Below are positions 19,919 through 31,317 of a DNA stretch of 64,000 bases, piece after piece. The position numbers and the translations under genes were made by a program. How positions within the stretch are numbered: the first letter of the stretch is position 1; the number at the start of each line of letters is the position of its first letter. Source of the stretch: Bacteroidota bacterium (GTDB taxonomy: Bacteria; Bacteroidota; Ignavibacteria; UBA10030; CAVZMI01); assembly GCA_050011775.1 (NCBI GenBank), contig JBEKIL010000012.1:9941-73940 (forward strand). The letters run 5' to 3'. The notes under the pieces were generated by a model. That model made no database searches. It was not told the DNA's origin and saw only the letters and a list, made by a program, of their open reading frames with translations.

Positions 19919-21616
19919 ATGAGAATCAATCAATTATTTATCCCGACAGTAAAAGAAATACCTTCGGATGCGACTATCCCCAGCCACCAGCTGATGCTCC
20001 GTGCAGGTCTTATGCGGCCTCTCGCAGCGGGAGTATATAGTTTTCTCCCTCTTGGCTATCGGGTTATGAAAAAAGTCATGCAAATCATTCGTGAAGAAAT
20101 GGATGCTATCGGTGGACAGGAATTCCATCTTCCTGCACTCAATCCCGTGGAATTATGGGAGGAAACCGGTCGTCTTCAGGCATTCGGTGATATAATTTTT
20201 CAAATCAAGAATAGACCTCTCGTTCTTGCACCGACTCACGAGGAAGTAATATGCTCGATTGCGAAAAATCACATCAGTTCGTATCGTGAACTTCCTCAGA
20301 TCTGGTATCAGATTCAGACGAAGTTTCGAAATGAGCCCCGTCCGCGCTCGGGTGTAATTCGTGGACGTCAATTTATCATGAAAGATTCCTATACGCTTGA
20401 CGCTACATTGGAAGGATTGGACAGAGGCTATAATCTTCACGCTGAAGCATATAAAAAGATTTTTACCCGTTCGGGATTGAGATTCTTTGTCGTTGGTGCC
20501 TCAAGCGGTGCAATGGGAGGGACCGGGTCGCAGGAATTTATGGTCGAGTCGGATTTTGGAGAGGATACCGTTATACTCTGCAATGAATGTGGATATGCGG
20601 CTAACCTGGAGATCGCTGCATCAAATATTGCTGGTGCATCCCGCACTGACGCAAACGATTTGCCGAAAGAAATTCATACACCGAATATAAAAACAATCGA
20701 TGAACTCGCTGATTTCTTGAAAGTCGATGCACACTTATGCGCTAAATCGCTTGTCTATATCAATAACTCAAAACCCGTGCTAATCTTCATGATGGGGAAC
20801 GATCAGCTCAACGAAGCAAAACTCGCAGCTGTTCTGACGGGCGAATTCAGACCTGCACGGCCTGAAGAATTATTAGAGTTGACAGGAGCCGATGCCGGTT
20901 CAATCGGACCGGTCAATCTCCGATTCCCTATGCGCGTCATTGCCGACAGGAGATTGAAAAACGCGAATGGAATGATCAGCGGGGCTAACAAGAACGATTA
21001 CCATATGATGAATATCGACTTTAACCGCGATGTGAATGTAGAGGCGTATCATGATCTGAGGGTCGTCGAAGAGAAAGAGCCCTGCCCGTCCTGCAATAAA
21101 CCGCTGCGGATTGCGAAAGCAATTGAAATCGGGCACATTTTCAAGCTCGGTACAAAGTATTCCGATAGCCTTCATGCCGTATTTCTTGATGAAAATGGCA
21201 AGGAAAAGCCGATTATTATGGGAAGTTATGGAATCGGAGTTGAAAGAATCGTTGCCAGTCATATTGAGCAGAATCACGACGAAAACGGCATCATCTGGGA
21301 TAAAGTTATTGCCCCGTTCCACGTTCATCTTATCGCTGTGAATCCGGGAAATAAACCACTGAAAAAAACAGCCGATACTCTTCACACTACTTTCGAATCC
21401 GTCGGCATCGAGGTTTTATATGATGATCGGGCAGATGCTTCTCCCGGATTTAAATTTAAAGATGCCGATCTTCTGGGAATGCCGTTGCAGGTCATTGTCG
21501 GTGAACGAAATTTCAAAAATGGGCAGATCGAGCTAAAGGAACGCAGGACAAATAAGAGAAAATTAGTCGCAACAGAGAAGGTCGTCGAAGAAGTGCAGGC
21601 ATTTCTTCGCGTATAG
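19919..21616 (+). CDS. proS: proline--tRNA ligase (bacterial type)
   Basis: class II aaRS motifs; the N-terminal 80 aa are highly conserved for ProRS; 565 aa. Confidence 0.95.
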   Translation: MRINQLFIPTVKEIPSDATIPSHQLMLRAGLMRPLAAGVYSFLPLGYRVMKKVMQIIREEMDAIGGQEFHLPALNPVELWEETGRLQAFGDIIFQIKNRPLVLAPTHEEVICSIAKNHISSYRELPQIWYQIQTKFRNEPRPRSGVIRGRQFIMKDSYTLDATLEGLDRGYNLHAEAYKKIFTRSGLRFFVVGASSGAMGGTGSQEFMVESDFGEDTVILCNECGYAANLEIAASNIAGASRTDANDLPKEIHTPNIKTIDELADFLKVDAHLCAKSLVYINNSKPVLIFMMGNDQLNEAKLAAVLTGEFRPARPEELLELTGADAGSIGPVNLRFPMRVIADRRLKNANGMISGANKNDYHMMNIDFNRDVNVEAYHDLRVVEEKEPCPSCNKPLRIAKAIEIGHIFKLGTKYSDSLHAVFLDENGKEKPIIMGSYGIGVERIVASHIEQNHDENGIIWDKVIAPFHVHLIAVNPGNKPLKKTADTLHTTFESVGIEVLYDDRADASPGFKFKDADLLGMPLQVIVGERNFKNGQIELKERRTNKRKLVATEKVVEEVQAFLRV

Positions 21617-21628
21617 CAAGGATAGAGA

Positions 21629-23062
21629 ATGGACCGCGAATGGAAGTTTTTTATCGACGGTGAGTGGCGGTCGTCATCACGCCATCGCCCCGTGGTCAAT
21701 CCCTACACTCGAGAGACCATCGGTACTGTTGCCCAGGCATCGGCGAAAGATATCCTCGATGCATTTACAGCTGCGCACAGAGCATTTGAAAATACGAAGA
21801 AACTGCAGGGATACGAACGAAGCGCGATACTGATGGAGATCGCCAATGCTCTGAGAAACCGTAAAGAGGAGCTTGCACGATTGATAACGGACGAATCGGG
21901 AAAACCGATTCGATTTTCGCGTGCGGAAATTGATCGCTCGATATTCACATTTATTATAGCCTCGGAAGAAGCAAAGCGAATATACGGAGAGACACTCCCA
22001 CTCGATCTGACTCCTCAGTCTAATCAAAGACTCGGAATACTCAGACGTTTTCCGATCGGCGTGATTGCTGCTATTACACCATTCAATTTTCCAATCAATC
22101 TTGTCGCGCATAAAGTTGCGCCTTGCATCGCTGCAGGCAACACGGTTTTATTGAAACCAGCTTCAAGTACCGCGGCGGCGGCTTCGGCATTCACAGAAAT
22201 TATTGCAGAATCATCGCTCCCGAACGGTGCGTTCAATCTTGTGACTTGTCCTGGTGCCGAAGCGGAGGTTCTGGCAACAGAGCCAAGGATTGCTATGTTG
22301 ACATTTACAGGAAGCCCGGAAATCGGATGGCGATTGAAGGAAAAAGCTTGGAAGAAGAAAGTGACGCTCGAGCTCGGAGGAAATGCAGGCATTATCATCG
22401 ACGAAAAAATCGCCCTTGATCCGATCATCCCGCGCATCGTCCAGGGGTCCTTTGGAAATGCGGGGCAGTCGTGCATTGCCGTGCAGAGAATTTTTGTCCA
22501 TCGCAGCCTCTTTGAGGAATTCCGTGAGAAATTCGTTATGGCAACACAAAAGGTTGTTTCAGGGGATCCCACCAATGATTCAACAGTTGTCGGTACGATG
22601 ATCGACGAAGCAGCAGCGATCAAAACTGAAGAGTGGATTAAAGAAGCTGTGAATCTCGGAGCGAAAGTCCTTATCGGAGGAACCAGAGAGGATGCGGTGT
22701 TTGCACCGACGGTTCTCGTCCAAACTACAAATGCAATGAAAGTAGAATGCCGCGAAGTCTTCGCTCCCGTTGTCACATTGACGTCCGTTGATTCTTTCAA
22801 CGAGGCACTTAGGAAATTGAATGATTCACAGTACGGACTACAAGCCGGTATATTTACAAACGATCTCTATAATGCTTTTATGGCATATGAAGTGCTGGAA
22901 GTCGGCGGTGTAATGATCAACGATTATCCGACTTACAGGGTTGATCACATGCCATATGGCGGAGTGAAAGAATCGGGAATGGGACGGGAAGGCGTTCGAT
23001 ATGCTATTGAAGAAATGACTGAACCAAAGTTAATGGTGCTAAACTTGTCGAAGTCATTTTAA
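21629..23062 (+). CDS. NAD(P)+-dependent aldehyde dehydrogenase family protein
   Basis: ELGGN and GQSC catalytic-Cys region, FTGS motif; 477 aa. Confidence 0.85.
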   Translation: MDREWKFFIDGEWRSSSRHRPVVNPYTRETIGTVAQASAKDILDAFTAAHRAFENTKKLQGYERSAILMEIANALRNRKEELARLITDESGKPIRFSRAEIDRSIFTFIIASEEAKRIYGETLPLDLTPQSNQRLGILRRFPIGVIAAITPFNFPINLVAHKVAPCIAAGNTVLLKPASSTAAAASAFTEIIAESSLPNGAFNLVTCPGAEAEVLATEPRIAMLTFTGSPEIGWRLKEKAWKKKVTLELGGNAGIIIDEKIALDPIIPRIVQGSFGNAGQSCIAVQRIFVHRSLFEEFREKFVMATQKVVSGDPTNDSTVVGTMIDEAAAIKTEEWIKEAVNLGAKVLIGGTREDAVFAPTVLVQTTNAMKVECREVFAPVVTLTSVDSFNEALRKLNDSQYGLQAGIFTNDLYNAFMAYEVLEVGGVMINDYPTYRVDHMPYGGVKESGMGREGVRYAIEEMTEPKLMVLNLSKSF

Positions 23063-23248
23063 TTATTAATTAATGAATAACCAGACTATCGGATTTATGG
23101 TGAACACACTGGCTTGTTCTGAGTAACTTACACCGAGCTACTTGCGCTGAGCTGAGTCGAAGCGCGCCGCGGGGAACCGAAGGAAGGAGTGTCGAGCCGT
23201 GCACTTACAGTTCCTTCAGCAATATTGAAATAATCGAAAAGGATAATT

Positions 23249-26200
23249 GTGTCCGACTTCGTTCATCTTCATAATCATACACACTACAGTCTTCTGGATG
23301 GTGCCTGCACAGTAGAAGATCTTATCAATGCTGCAGTAGAACAGAAGATGCCCGCCGTGGCACTGACCGATCATGGTGTATTATTCGGCGCGATTGAGTT
23401 TTATCAGAAGGCAAAAAAAGCGAATATCAAACCGATTATCGGCAGTGAAGTTTATATTGTGACAAAAGGATCTCGTTTCGACAAAGTCACTCCGGCGGAA
23501 GCGCGCGCGAATGGTGGGAAAAGAGGAATCTATCACCACCTTGTCCTTCTGGCAAAAAACCAGACAGGTTATAAAAATCTGGTAAAGCTTTCTACGATCG
23601 GACATATCGAAGGTTTTTATTATAAACCACGAATCGATCTCGACACACTCCGGCAATATTCCGAGGGACTCATTGGACTCTCAGCCTGTTCAGGCGGAGT
23701 CGTCGCAACGCATCTTGTGGATGGGCGGTATGATCTGGCGCGTGAAGCGGCTGTTCTCTATAAAGAAATACTTGGCAAAGATTTCTACCTTGAAATCCAG
23801 GATCATGGTCTTGAGAGGGAAAAAACCATCCTTGCTAACATGCCGAAGCTGGCTCAAGAGCTCGAGATCAAATTGATCGCGACAAATGATTGTCATTATA
23901 TAAAACATGAGCACGCTATTGCTCACAATATCTTGCTTATGATCCCGGAAGCCAGCAGTACGAATATACAGGATTATACTCAGCTCCGGTATGGAACCGA
24001 TCAAATCTACTTCAAATCGAGTGCCGAAATGACGGCATTGTTCTATCAATATCCACAGGCACTTGAATCAACGCTTGAAGTGGCGGAAAAGTGTAATGTG
24101 GAATTGGATCTGCATACGAATCATATGCCCGAGTTTCCTATTCCTCCTGATGCAGGCGTTGCAACGCTGAATGACTATCTTAGGAAATTGGCTCATGAAG
24201 GTATTGGGCGCCGGTACCCAAACATGACGCAGGAAATTAGTGAACGCTTAGAGCATGAGCTTACAGTTATTACGCGAATGAATTATGCGGGATATTTCCT
24301 GATAGTCCACGATTTTATCAGCAAAGCGCGCGAGATGGGAGTTTACGTTGGTCCAGGCCGGGGAAGTGCGGCTGGGAGCATCGTCTCCTACGCGCTTGGA
24401 ATCACAAACGTCGATCCATTAAAATACGACCTTCTTTTCGAGCGTTTTTTGAATCCGGATCGTATCAGCATGCCGGATATCGACGTTGATTTCTCGGATG
24501 CAAAACGAGGAATGGTGATCGATTATGTCCGCCAAAAGTATGGAATCGATTCGGTATCGCAAATTATAACGTTTGGAAGTCTTGCCACGCGTGCAGTTCT
24601 AAAAGATGTCGGTCGTGTTCTCGGTGTTCCCCTGAGCACAATCGATTCGATTACGAAACAGATTCCTGTCATTCAGGGGAAAGTAAAGCCCCTTGCCGAG
24701 GCACTGAAGGATGTTCCTGATCTGAAATGGGTGAAAGAGAGTAAGGATCCGAAAATCCAACAGTTGATAGAGGTTTCGCTTGTTCTTGAAGGGATGAATC
24801 GCAACGCATCGACGCACGCAGCGGGTGTCGTCATTGCCCCCGGTCCTATCAGCGATTACGTACCGCTCTATAAAACGCCCCAGACAGATTCGATGACACA
24901 GTACGCCATGAAAGATCTTGAAGAAGCCGGATTGCTGAAAATGGATTTTCTGGGTCTGCGGACACTTACTGTCATCGAAAATACACTCCGGTTGATCAAA
25001 CAACGTCACGGAATCGATATCGAGCTTGATTCAATCCCGATTGATGATGCGGCCACATTCGAATTATTTGCAAAAGGGCAGACGGTCGCCGTATTTCAGT
25101 TTGAGAGCTCGGGGATGCAGGATTCACTGCGTAAACTCCGGCCGACGAAGATCACCGATCTCGTTGCCATGAATGCGCTTTACAGGCCCGGACCGATGTC
25201 GATGATTGATGATTTCATAGCACGGAAACATGGAACCCAGATTATAGGGTACCTTCATCCAAAGCTTGAATCGATTCTTCATGAGACCTATGGTATCATT
25301 GTGTATCAGGAACAGGTCATGAAGATTACCAGCGAGATTGCAGGATTCACTCTTGCGCGTGCCGATATGATGCGCCGGGCAATGGGAAAAAAAGACAAGG
25401 CATTGATGGCTAGACTGAAAAAGGAATTTGTCGATGGCGCAGCCGGCAATCACATTGATAAAAAAGTTGCCTCCGACATTTTCGATTTGATAGAGAAATT
25501 TGCATCATATGGTTTCAATAAATCACATAGTGTAGCGTACTCCATAATTGCATACCAGACAGCATTTCTGAAGGCTCACTATCCGGCCGAGTTTATGGCC
25601 GCGACACTTTCGAGTGAAATCGGCAACACCGACAAAATTGTATTATTTATCGATGACTGCCGCTCGCTCGGCATCGAGGTACTTCCACCCGATGTAAATG
25701 AAAGTGAAGCCGATTTTATTGTGTCTAAGAGCGGTATTCGGTTCGGACTGGGCGCAATCAAAAATGTTGGCTCCGGAGCAGTGGATACAATCGTTCAAGT
25801 ACGAAATATTGCGGGAAAATTTTCTTCGTTATACGATTTTTGTTCGAAAGTCGACCTTCGAGTTGTCAATAAGAAAATGATCGAAAGTCTTATTCAGGCA
25901 GGAGCATTCGATTCCATACCCGGTCATCGGGCACAACTCCTCGAAAGCGTCGATTCGGCAACGGCGTACGGTCAAAATTTCCAGGAGGAAGCACGGCGCC
26001 ATCAATCAAATCTGTTCGAAGCCGGAAAATCGTCACATCACGGTGTCTTCGGAACACCTTCACTCCCGGCCGTCGAGCCATGGACAGAAATGGAAAAACT
26101 TCGGCGGGAGAAGGCACTACTCGGGTTTTACGTCTCGGGTCATCCCCTGAACCGTTTTAAAGACGTCGTTGAATCATTCGCAACTGCCCGTCTCGGAGAT

Positions 26201-26725
26201 GGAGAGAGTATCAAAGATGGGAGTACAGTACGTGTGTGCGGTATTGTTACATCGGTGAAAAAGAAAATCGATAAGCGTGGAAACACGATGGCCTTTATAA
26301 CAATCGAAGATTTTTCGGGAAAGGGCGAGTGTGTCGTGTTCTCTGATGCATACCGGCGGCATGAACAGACCCTGGTTAATGATGCAATGGTCATGGTGGT
26401 TGGAAAAGGAGAACCCAGCGGAAACAATCTTAAGGTCATCGCAAACGATATTTATCCGATAGAAAAAGTTAAGGAAACTTTTGGAAAAAGTGTTATCTTT
26501 ACAATTAACATAGATGTGGCCGGGGAACAGACAATCTCCCAGCTTCGAAAAATCATGGAACGCTATAGGGGAGGTTCGTGTTCTTGTTATTTTAATCTTG
26601 TAGGTTCAACACTATCACAGAAGCGTGTTTTTTATTCAAAATTATATACGGTTCAACCATCGGAAGAATTTTTCACGGAAGTTCGTCAGCTGCCCGGTAT
26701 CGACGGTGTTAAGATAACGGGTTAA
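23249..26725 (+). CDS. dnaE: DNA polymerase III alpha subunit (GTG start)
   Basis: PHP domain HLHNHTHYSLLDGA at the N-terminus, 1158 aa, OB-fold in the C-terminus. Confidence 0.95.
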   Translation: MSDFVHLHNHTHYSLLDGACTVEDLINAAVEQKMPAVALTDHGVLFGAIEFYQKAKKANIKPIIGSEVYIVTKGSRFDKVTPAEARANGGKRGIYHHLVLLAKNQTGYKNLVKLSTIGHIEGFYYKPRIDLDTLRQYSEGLIGLSACSGGVVATHLVDGRYDLAREAAVLYKEILGKDFYLEIQDHGLEREKTILANMPKLAQELEIKLIATNDCHYIKHEHAIAHNILLMIPEASSTNIQDYTQLRYGTDQIYFKSSAEMTALFYQYPQALESTLEVAEKCNVELDLHTNHMPEFPIPPDAGVATLNDYLRKLAHEGIGRRYPNMTQEISERLEHELTVITRMNYAGYFLIVHDFISKAREMGVYVGPGRGSAAGSIVSYALGITNVDPLKYDLLFERFLNPDRISMPDIDVDFSDAKRGMVIDYVRQKYGIDSVSQIITFGSLATRAVLKDVGRVLGVPLSTIDSITKQIPVIQGKVKPLAEALKDVPDLKWVKESKDPKIQQLIEVSLVLEGMNRNASTHAAGVVIAPGPISDYVPLYKTPQTDSMTQYAMKDLEEAGLLKMDFLGLRTLTVIENTLRLIKQRHGIDIELDSIPIDDAATFELFAKGQTVAVFQFESSGMQDSLRKLRPTKITDLVAMNALYRPGPMSMIDDFIARKHGTQIIGYLHPKLESILHETYGIIVYQEQVMKITSEIAGFTLARADMMRRAMGKKDKALMARLKKEFVDGAAGNHIDKKVASDIFDLIEKFASYGFNKSHSVAYSIIAYQTAFLKAHYPAEFMAATLSSEIGNTDKIVLFIDDCRSLGIEVLPPDVNESEADFIVSKSGIRFGLGAIKNVGSGAVDTIVQVRNIAGKFSSLYDFCSKVDLRVVNKKMIESLIQAGAFDSIPGHRAQLLESVDSATAYGQNFQEEARRHQSNLFEAGKSSHHGVFGTPSLPAVEPWTEMEKLRREKALLGFYVSGHPLNRFKDVVESFATARLGDGESIKDGSTVRVCGIVTSVKKKIDKRGNTMAFITIEDFSGKGECVVFSDAYRRHEQTLVNDAMVMVVGKGEPSGNNLKVIANDIYPIEKVKETFGKSVIFTINIDVAGEQTISQLRKIMERYRGGSCSCYFNLVGSTLSQKRVFYSKLYTVQPSEEFFTEVRQLPGIDGVKITG

Positions 26726-26743
26726 TCGTACAAAGGGGACACA

Positions 26744-27067
26744 ATGAAAGCACTACAAGTCACCGATAGCAATTTTGTATCCGAAGTACTACAATCGTCT
26801 GTTCCTGTTATTGCCGATTTCTGGGCGGCATGGTGCGGTCCATGCAAGATGATTGCACCCATCATTGAAGAACTCGCGGTAGAATATGAAGGGAAAATCA
26901 AAGTTGTCAAAGTCGACGTCGATAATAATCCCAAGATAGCAATGCAATTCGGGATCAGGAGTATTCCGACGCTCCTTATCTTCAAGGAGGGACAGGTTGT
27001 CGAACAAATAGTCGGTGCTGTTTCCAAGAAACATATCGTAGAGAAACTTTTAAAACACACCTCATAA
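26744..27067 (+). CDS. trxA: thioredoxin
   Basis: WAAWCGPCK active site; 107 aa. Confidence 0.9.
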   Translation: MKALQVTDSNFVSEVLQSSVPVIADFWAAWCGPCKMIAPIIEELAVEYEGKIKVVKVDVDNNPKIAMQFGIRSIPTLLIFKEGQVVEQIVGAVSKKHIVEKLLKHTS

Positions 27068-27109
27068 AAACTCCGGAATTCCTTATTGGTTGTACGCTTT
27101 GAAATGGAG

Positions 27110-27148
27110 AGAAGCAAGCAGAGAAAAATTGCGGATGCTTCTTTTTTT
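27110..27148 (+). terminator. putative intrinsic terminator after trxA (AGAAGCA...TGCTTCT stem then T7)
   Basis: inverted repeat with a long loop followed by TTTTTTT. Confidence 0.45.
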
Positions 27149-27210
27149 CATTATAATGTATAATGAGAATTCCGGTTCTCTAACCTTCAGAAAGGAACTG
27201 ATGTAGAAAA

Positions 27211-28980
27211 ATGAAGTACAATAAGCGGACACATACCTGCGGCGAGTTACGTCTTCACCATGTCGGAAAGATGATCACATTGACGGGATGGGTGGACCGA
27301 CGGCGGGATCTTGGAGGAGTGATTTTTGTCGACCTCAGGGACCGCTACGGCAGAACACAGATCGTCTTTCAACCACAGCGCAATGAAAAGATCTATCAGA
27401 TTGCCAAGGACCTCCGGAGCGAGTTTGTGATATCGGTGACCGGTGTTGTCGAAAAACGTCCTGACGGAACCGCTAATCCGAATCTAGATACGGGTGAAAT
27501 AGATGTTCTCGTCGATGTTTTGACGATACTGAACAAAGCCGAGACGCCGCCGTTCCCGATCGAAGAGCGTGTGGAAGCTAGTGAGGAACTGCGTTTGAAA
27601 TTCCGGTATCTCGATCTTCGCCGAGAACCGCTTCAACGGAATATTCTTATGCGCCACGCAATGTATCAGATAGCGCGTAAATATTTTGATGAAAATAAAT
27701 TTGTCGAAGTCGAAACTCCCGTACTCATGAAGAGTACACCCGAAGGAGCGCGGGACTACCTTGTACCGAGTCGTATTCACCGAGGGAAGTTTTATGCACT
27801 CCCACAGTCACCCCAGACCTATAAACAAATTCTTATGGTTGCCGGATTCGATAAATATTTTCAGATCGTGAAATGCTTCAGGGACGAAGACCTGCGTGCC
27901 GATCGGCAACCGGAATTCACTCAGATCGATGTTGAGATGTCGTTTATTGATGAAGAAGACATTTATGGCATGACAGAAGGACTTATCGTCCGGTTCATGA
28001 AAGAGATTAAGAGTATTGACATTCAAACTCCGTTCATACGACTGACGTACAAAGAGGCAATGGAAAAATACGGGAGCGATAAACCAGATTTGCGTTTTGG
28101 ACTCGAGTTAACCGATGTCACAAAAATCGTCGCTTCAACTTCCTTTAGAGTATTTTCCGGTAACATCGCCAGAGGCGGAGTTGTTGCGGGATTTGTATTA
28201 CCCGGGGGTGCATCCTATACCCGAAATCAACTCGATAATATTGTCGATTTTACAAAGAAACTCGGAGCGGGTGGATTAATCTATGCAAGAGTCTCCGATA
28301 CCGGCGTTGAATGTCCAATTGAGAAATTTGTCGGAAGCAATGCTCTCCTGGCCATAGCACAGGCGATGAAGGCAAAGAGCGGTGATTTATTCTTTCTTGT
28401 TTCTGATTCATGGCATAAGGCTTATTCAATACTTGGCAGTCTCAGACTCGAGATGGCTCAACGGCTGGATCTTCTGAACAATGAAAAACAAGATTTCAAA
28501 TTCCTCTGGGTGACAGATTTTCCGCTTCTGGAATTCAGTGAAGAAGAGAAACGGTATGTTGCGGTACATCATCCCTTCACGTCGCCCAAATCTGAAGATG
28601 AACCGCTGCTGGATAATGATCCCGGAAAAGCACGGGCTCGAGCCTACGATTTGGTTCTAAATGGCAACGAAATCGCCGGCGGAAGTATCCGAATTTTCAG
28701 CCGTGAATTACAATCGAAAATGTTCTCCCTTCTTGGAATTAATGAAGAAGAAGCATATCGAAAATTCGGATTTATACTCGATGCATTTAAATACGGCGCC
28801 CCGCCTCATGGGGGCATAGCATTAGGTTTTGACAGGATAGCAATGATCCTGGCAGGACAGAAGTCCATCCGTGATGTCATTGCATTCCCCAAGACGAGCA
28901 GCGGAATGTCGCTCATGGATGAGTGCCCGTCGGAAGTGGATCCGAAACAATTGGAAGAACTGCACATTCGTATAAAATAG
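27211..28980 (+). CDS. aspS: aspartate--tRNA ligase
   Basis: OB-fold N-terminus, class II motifs, GGIALGFDR near the C-terminus; 589 aa. Confidence 0.95.
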   Translation: MKYNKRTHTCGELRLHHVGKMITLTGWVDRRRDLGGVIFVDLRDRYGRTQIVFQPQRNEKIYQIAKDLRSEFVISVTGVVEKRPDGTANPNLDTGEIDVLVDVLTILNKAETPPFPIEERVEASEELRLKFRYLDLRREPLQRNILMRHAMYQIARKYFDENKFVEVETPVLMKSTPEGARDYLVPSRIHRGKFYALPQSPQTYKQILMVAGFDKYFQIVKCFRDEDLRADRQPEFTQIDVEMSFIDEEDIYGMTEGLIVRFMKEIKSIDIQTPFIRLTYKEAMEKYGSDKPDLRFGLELTDVTKIVASTSFRVFSGNIARGGVVAGFVLPGGASYTRNQLDNIVDFTKKLGAGGLIYARVSDTGVECPIEKFVGSNALLAIAQAMKAKSGDLFFLVSDSWHKAYSILGSLRLEMAQRLDLLNNEKQDFKFLWVTDFPLLEFSEEEKRYVAVHHPFTSPKSEDEPLLDNDPGKARARAYDLVLNGNEIAGGSIRIFSRELQSKMFSLLGINEEEAYRKFGFILDAFKYGAPPHGGIALGFDRIAMILAGQKSIRDVIAFPKTSSGMSLMDECPSEVDPKQLEELHIRIK

Positions 28981-28988
28981 GAAAAACA

Positions 28989-30090
28989 ATGTTCGAAGAA
29001 ATAACTGAACAACTACGCACACTTACCGAGCGAATTACTTCCCTCCGGGGTTATCTTTGACCTTGATCGAAAAGAAAAGGAAATAGAGGAATTTCAGGAA
29101 AAAACCCACGCAAGCGATTTCTGGAACGACAATATCAAGGCCCAGAAAATCATGCAGGAGATCAGTAAGAGAAAATTGTGGGTCGATGCATGGCAAAAAC
29201 TTCGTTCTCAGAGGGAAGAGATAAATGCAATGATCGACCTCGCAGAGGAATCGAAGGATGAGGCCTTTGCCGCTGAAGCAGCAAAAGATATCAAAGCGTT
29301 GGAGCAGGGGATAGCAGATCTGGAATTTAAAAATATGCTCAGCGGTGAAGACGACCAGCGAAATGCAATCTTACAGATTCATGCGGGTGCAGGCGGTACT
29401 GAAGCACAGGACTGGGCTGAAATGCTTTTGCGAATGTATCTTCGCTGGTGCGATCAACATGGGTTCATCACAGCACTGGTTGATCAGCAGGAGGGTGAAG
29501 GTGCGGGAATTAAGAGTGCAACTATCGAAGTAACGGGGGAATTCGCCTACGGATACATGAAAGCCGAAGTCGGCGTCCACCGTCTTGTCCGCATTTCACC
29601 ATTCGACGCAAATGCACGACGTCATACATCGTTCGCTTCCGTGTTTGTTTATCCTGAAGTTGAAGACGATGTCGAAATCGAGATTAATCCGGCCGATATC
29701 GAGTTTGATACCTATCGATCAGGTGGAAAAGGCGGGCAGAATGTCAATAAGGTGGAAACTGCTGTCCGGATCAAGCATGTTCCCACCGGTATTATCGTCG
29801 CCTGCCAGCAGGAGCGTTCACAATTTCAAAACAGGGAACGGGCAATGAAAATGTTGAAATCGCGCCTGTATCAGATCAGGAAAGAAGAGGAGCAAACACG
29901 ACTGGCCGCGATTGAGGGCACAAAGAAAAAAATCGAATGGGGTAGCCAGATACGGTCTTATGTGTTTCACCCCTATAATCTTATAAAAGATCATCGAACG
30001 AATATCGAGACCTCAAATGTACAGGCGGTAATGGATGGCGACCTTGACGCCTTTATCAAGGGATATCTCCTTGCATTTCCATCGGCATAG
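28989..30090 (+). CDS. prfB: peptide chain release factor 2, requires the programmed +1 ribosomal frameshift at CTT TGA C (29055-29061)
   Basis: ATG at 28989 gives [23 protein letters not shown] then in-frame TGA. The +1 frame continues [12 protein letters not shown]... into ORF 29152..30090, which carries [11 protein letters not shown] (the GGQ motif). A GGGG Shine-Dalgarno-like element lies 4 nt upstream of CTT. Confidence 0.9.
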
Positions 30091-30096
30091 TGGGTA

Positions 30097-31314
30097 ATGA
30101 ATTATTCTTACTTCATAGCACGACGATATCTCCGTACACGCCATCGGGGCGGGGTTATTTCTTTTCTCAGCATCATCTCGATTATTGGAATTACGATAGG
30201 TGTCGCTGCACTGATTATAACACTCTCTATTCTCGGTGGATTTGAAAAGGAGATCAGGGAAAAAGTAATCGGCTTCACTGCTCATATTCAACTTTCAGGA
30301 TTTCAAAATCAGCCCCTTAGGAACGCAGAAGAGACGAAAGTGAGAATTGTCGCCGAAAATCCTGAGATCGCATCAGCCACAGTGTACGTAGCACGGGAAG
30401 TAATGATCCGAAGCCGGAACGGAGTCGATGGTGCATTCCTGAAAGGAATAGACACTCTCTCTGAACTCCCTATGATCCGGCGTCACATCGTTCAGGGTAT
30501 ATATTCATTTTCTACAAGAGACGGGATAGCGTCGCTCATCGTCGGTAGAAAATTGGCACGAAAACTCAGTATTAGTATAGGTGATAAGGTTGTAGTTTTC
30601 GGATTGACGGGTAAAGTTCAATCTGCAGGAGAATCACGTGTGAAGCAATTCCGTGTGACTGGAATATATGAAACTGGAATGGCCGAGTTTGACGATATCT
30701 ATATCTATACCGATATCAGTCAAGCGCAGAGTCTTTTTGAACTCAAAGGACTTGCCACGGGGATAGATATCATGCTTCATGACGTCCAGAAAACAGAGGA
30801 AGTTCTTACACGATTACAGGGTCAGCTGGGTTATCCGTATTATCCGCAATCGGTATTTCAACTATATCGAAATCTTTTTACATGGGTGGAACTTCAGAAA
30901 AAACCGACACCGATCATCCTCGGGTTGATTATCATTGTTGCCGTTGTAAATATCATTGGAACACTACTGATGGTAGTGCTTGAAAAAACCCGATCGATAG
31001 GTGTATTGCGGACCTTGGGTTCGAGACGATCCGGTGTCTGGAAAATATTTTTATATGAAGGGCTGTTCGTCGGTCTGATCGGCACACTCCTGGGAGATAT
31101 TCTCGCATTTATACTATGCTGGATCCAGCTTCAGTATCATCCATTTGCAATCCCCGAGAATGTTTATTTTATGACAGCAGTCCCTATATTGCTTCGTCCG
31201 GAATATTTTATCATAGTCTCCTGTTTGAGCATAGTATTATGTTTTTTCGCGACACTGATTCCGGCCCGACTGGCGGCGCGTGTCAATCCCATTCAGGCAA
31301 TTCGTTTTGTGTGA
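30097..31314 (+). CDS. ABC transporter permease, LolC/LolE (FtsX/MacB-like) family
   Basis: FIARRYL N-terminus, 4 TM helices with a large periplasmic loop; 405 aa. Confidence 0.8.
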   Translation: MNYSYFIARRYLRTRHRGGVISFLSIISIIGITIGVAALIITLSILGGFEKEIREKVIGFTAHIQLSGFQNQPLRNAEETKVRIVAENPEIASATVYVAREVMIRSRNGVDGAFLKGIDTLSELPMIRRHIVQGIYSFSTRDGIASLIVGRKLARKLSISIGDKVVVFGLTGKVQSAGESRVKQFRVTGIYETGMAEFDDIYIYTDISQAQSLFELKGLATGIDIMLHDVQKTEEVLTRLQGQLGYPYYPQSVFQLYRNLFTWVELQKKPTPIILGLIIIVAVVNIIGTLLMVVLEKTRSIGVLRTLGSRRSGVWKIFLYEGLFVGLIGTLLGDILAFILCWIQLQYHPFAIPENVYFMTAVPILLRPEYFIIVSCLSIVLCFFATLIPARLAARVNPIQAIRFV

Positions 31315-31317
31315 GCA

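Noticed and set aside
22024-22800. 258-aa minus-strand ORF inside the aldehyde dehydrogenase gene (and similar long antisense ORFs, e.g. 6158..6688, 20900..21385, 35599..35817 sense-shadow, 60586..61017)
   Set aside because: Antisense shadow ORFs within well-supported conserved genes; low-complexity, no motifs.
23063-23248. GC-rich dyads upstream of dnaE (GAGCTGAGTCGAAGCGCGCCGCGGGGAACCGAAGG...)
   Set aside because: Short, imperfect, no T-run and no recognisable riboswitch architecture; probably just the dnaE promoter/leader.
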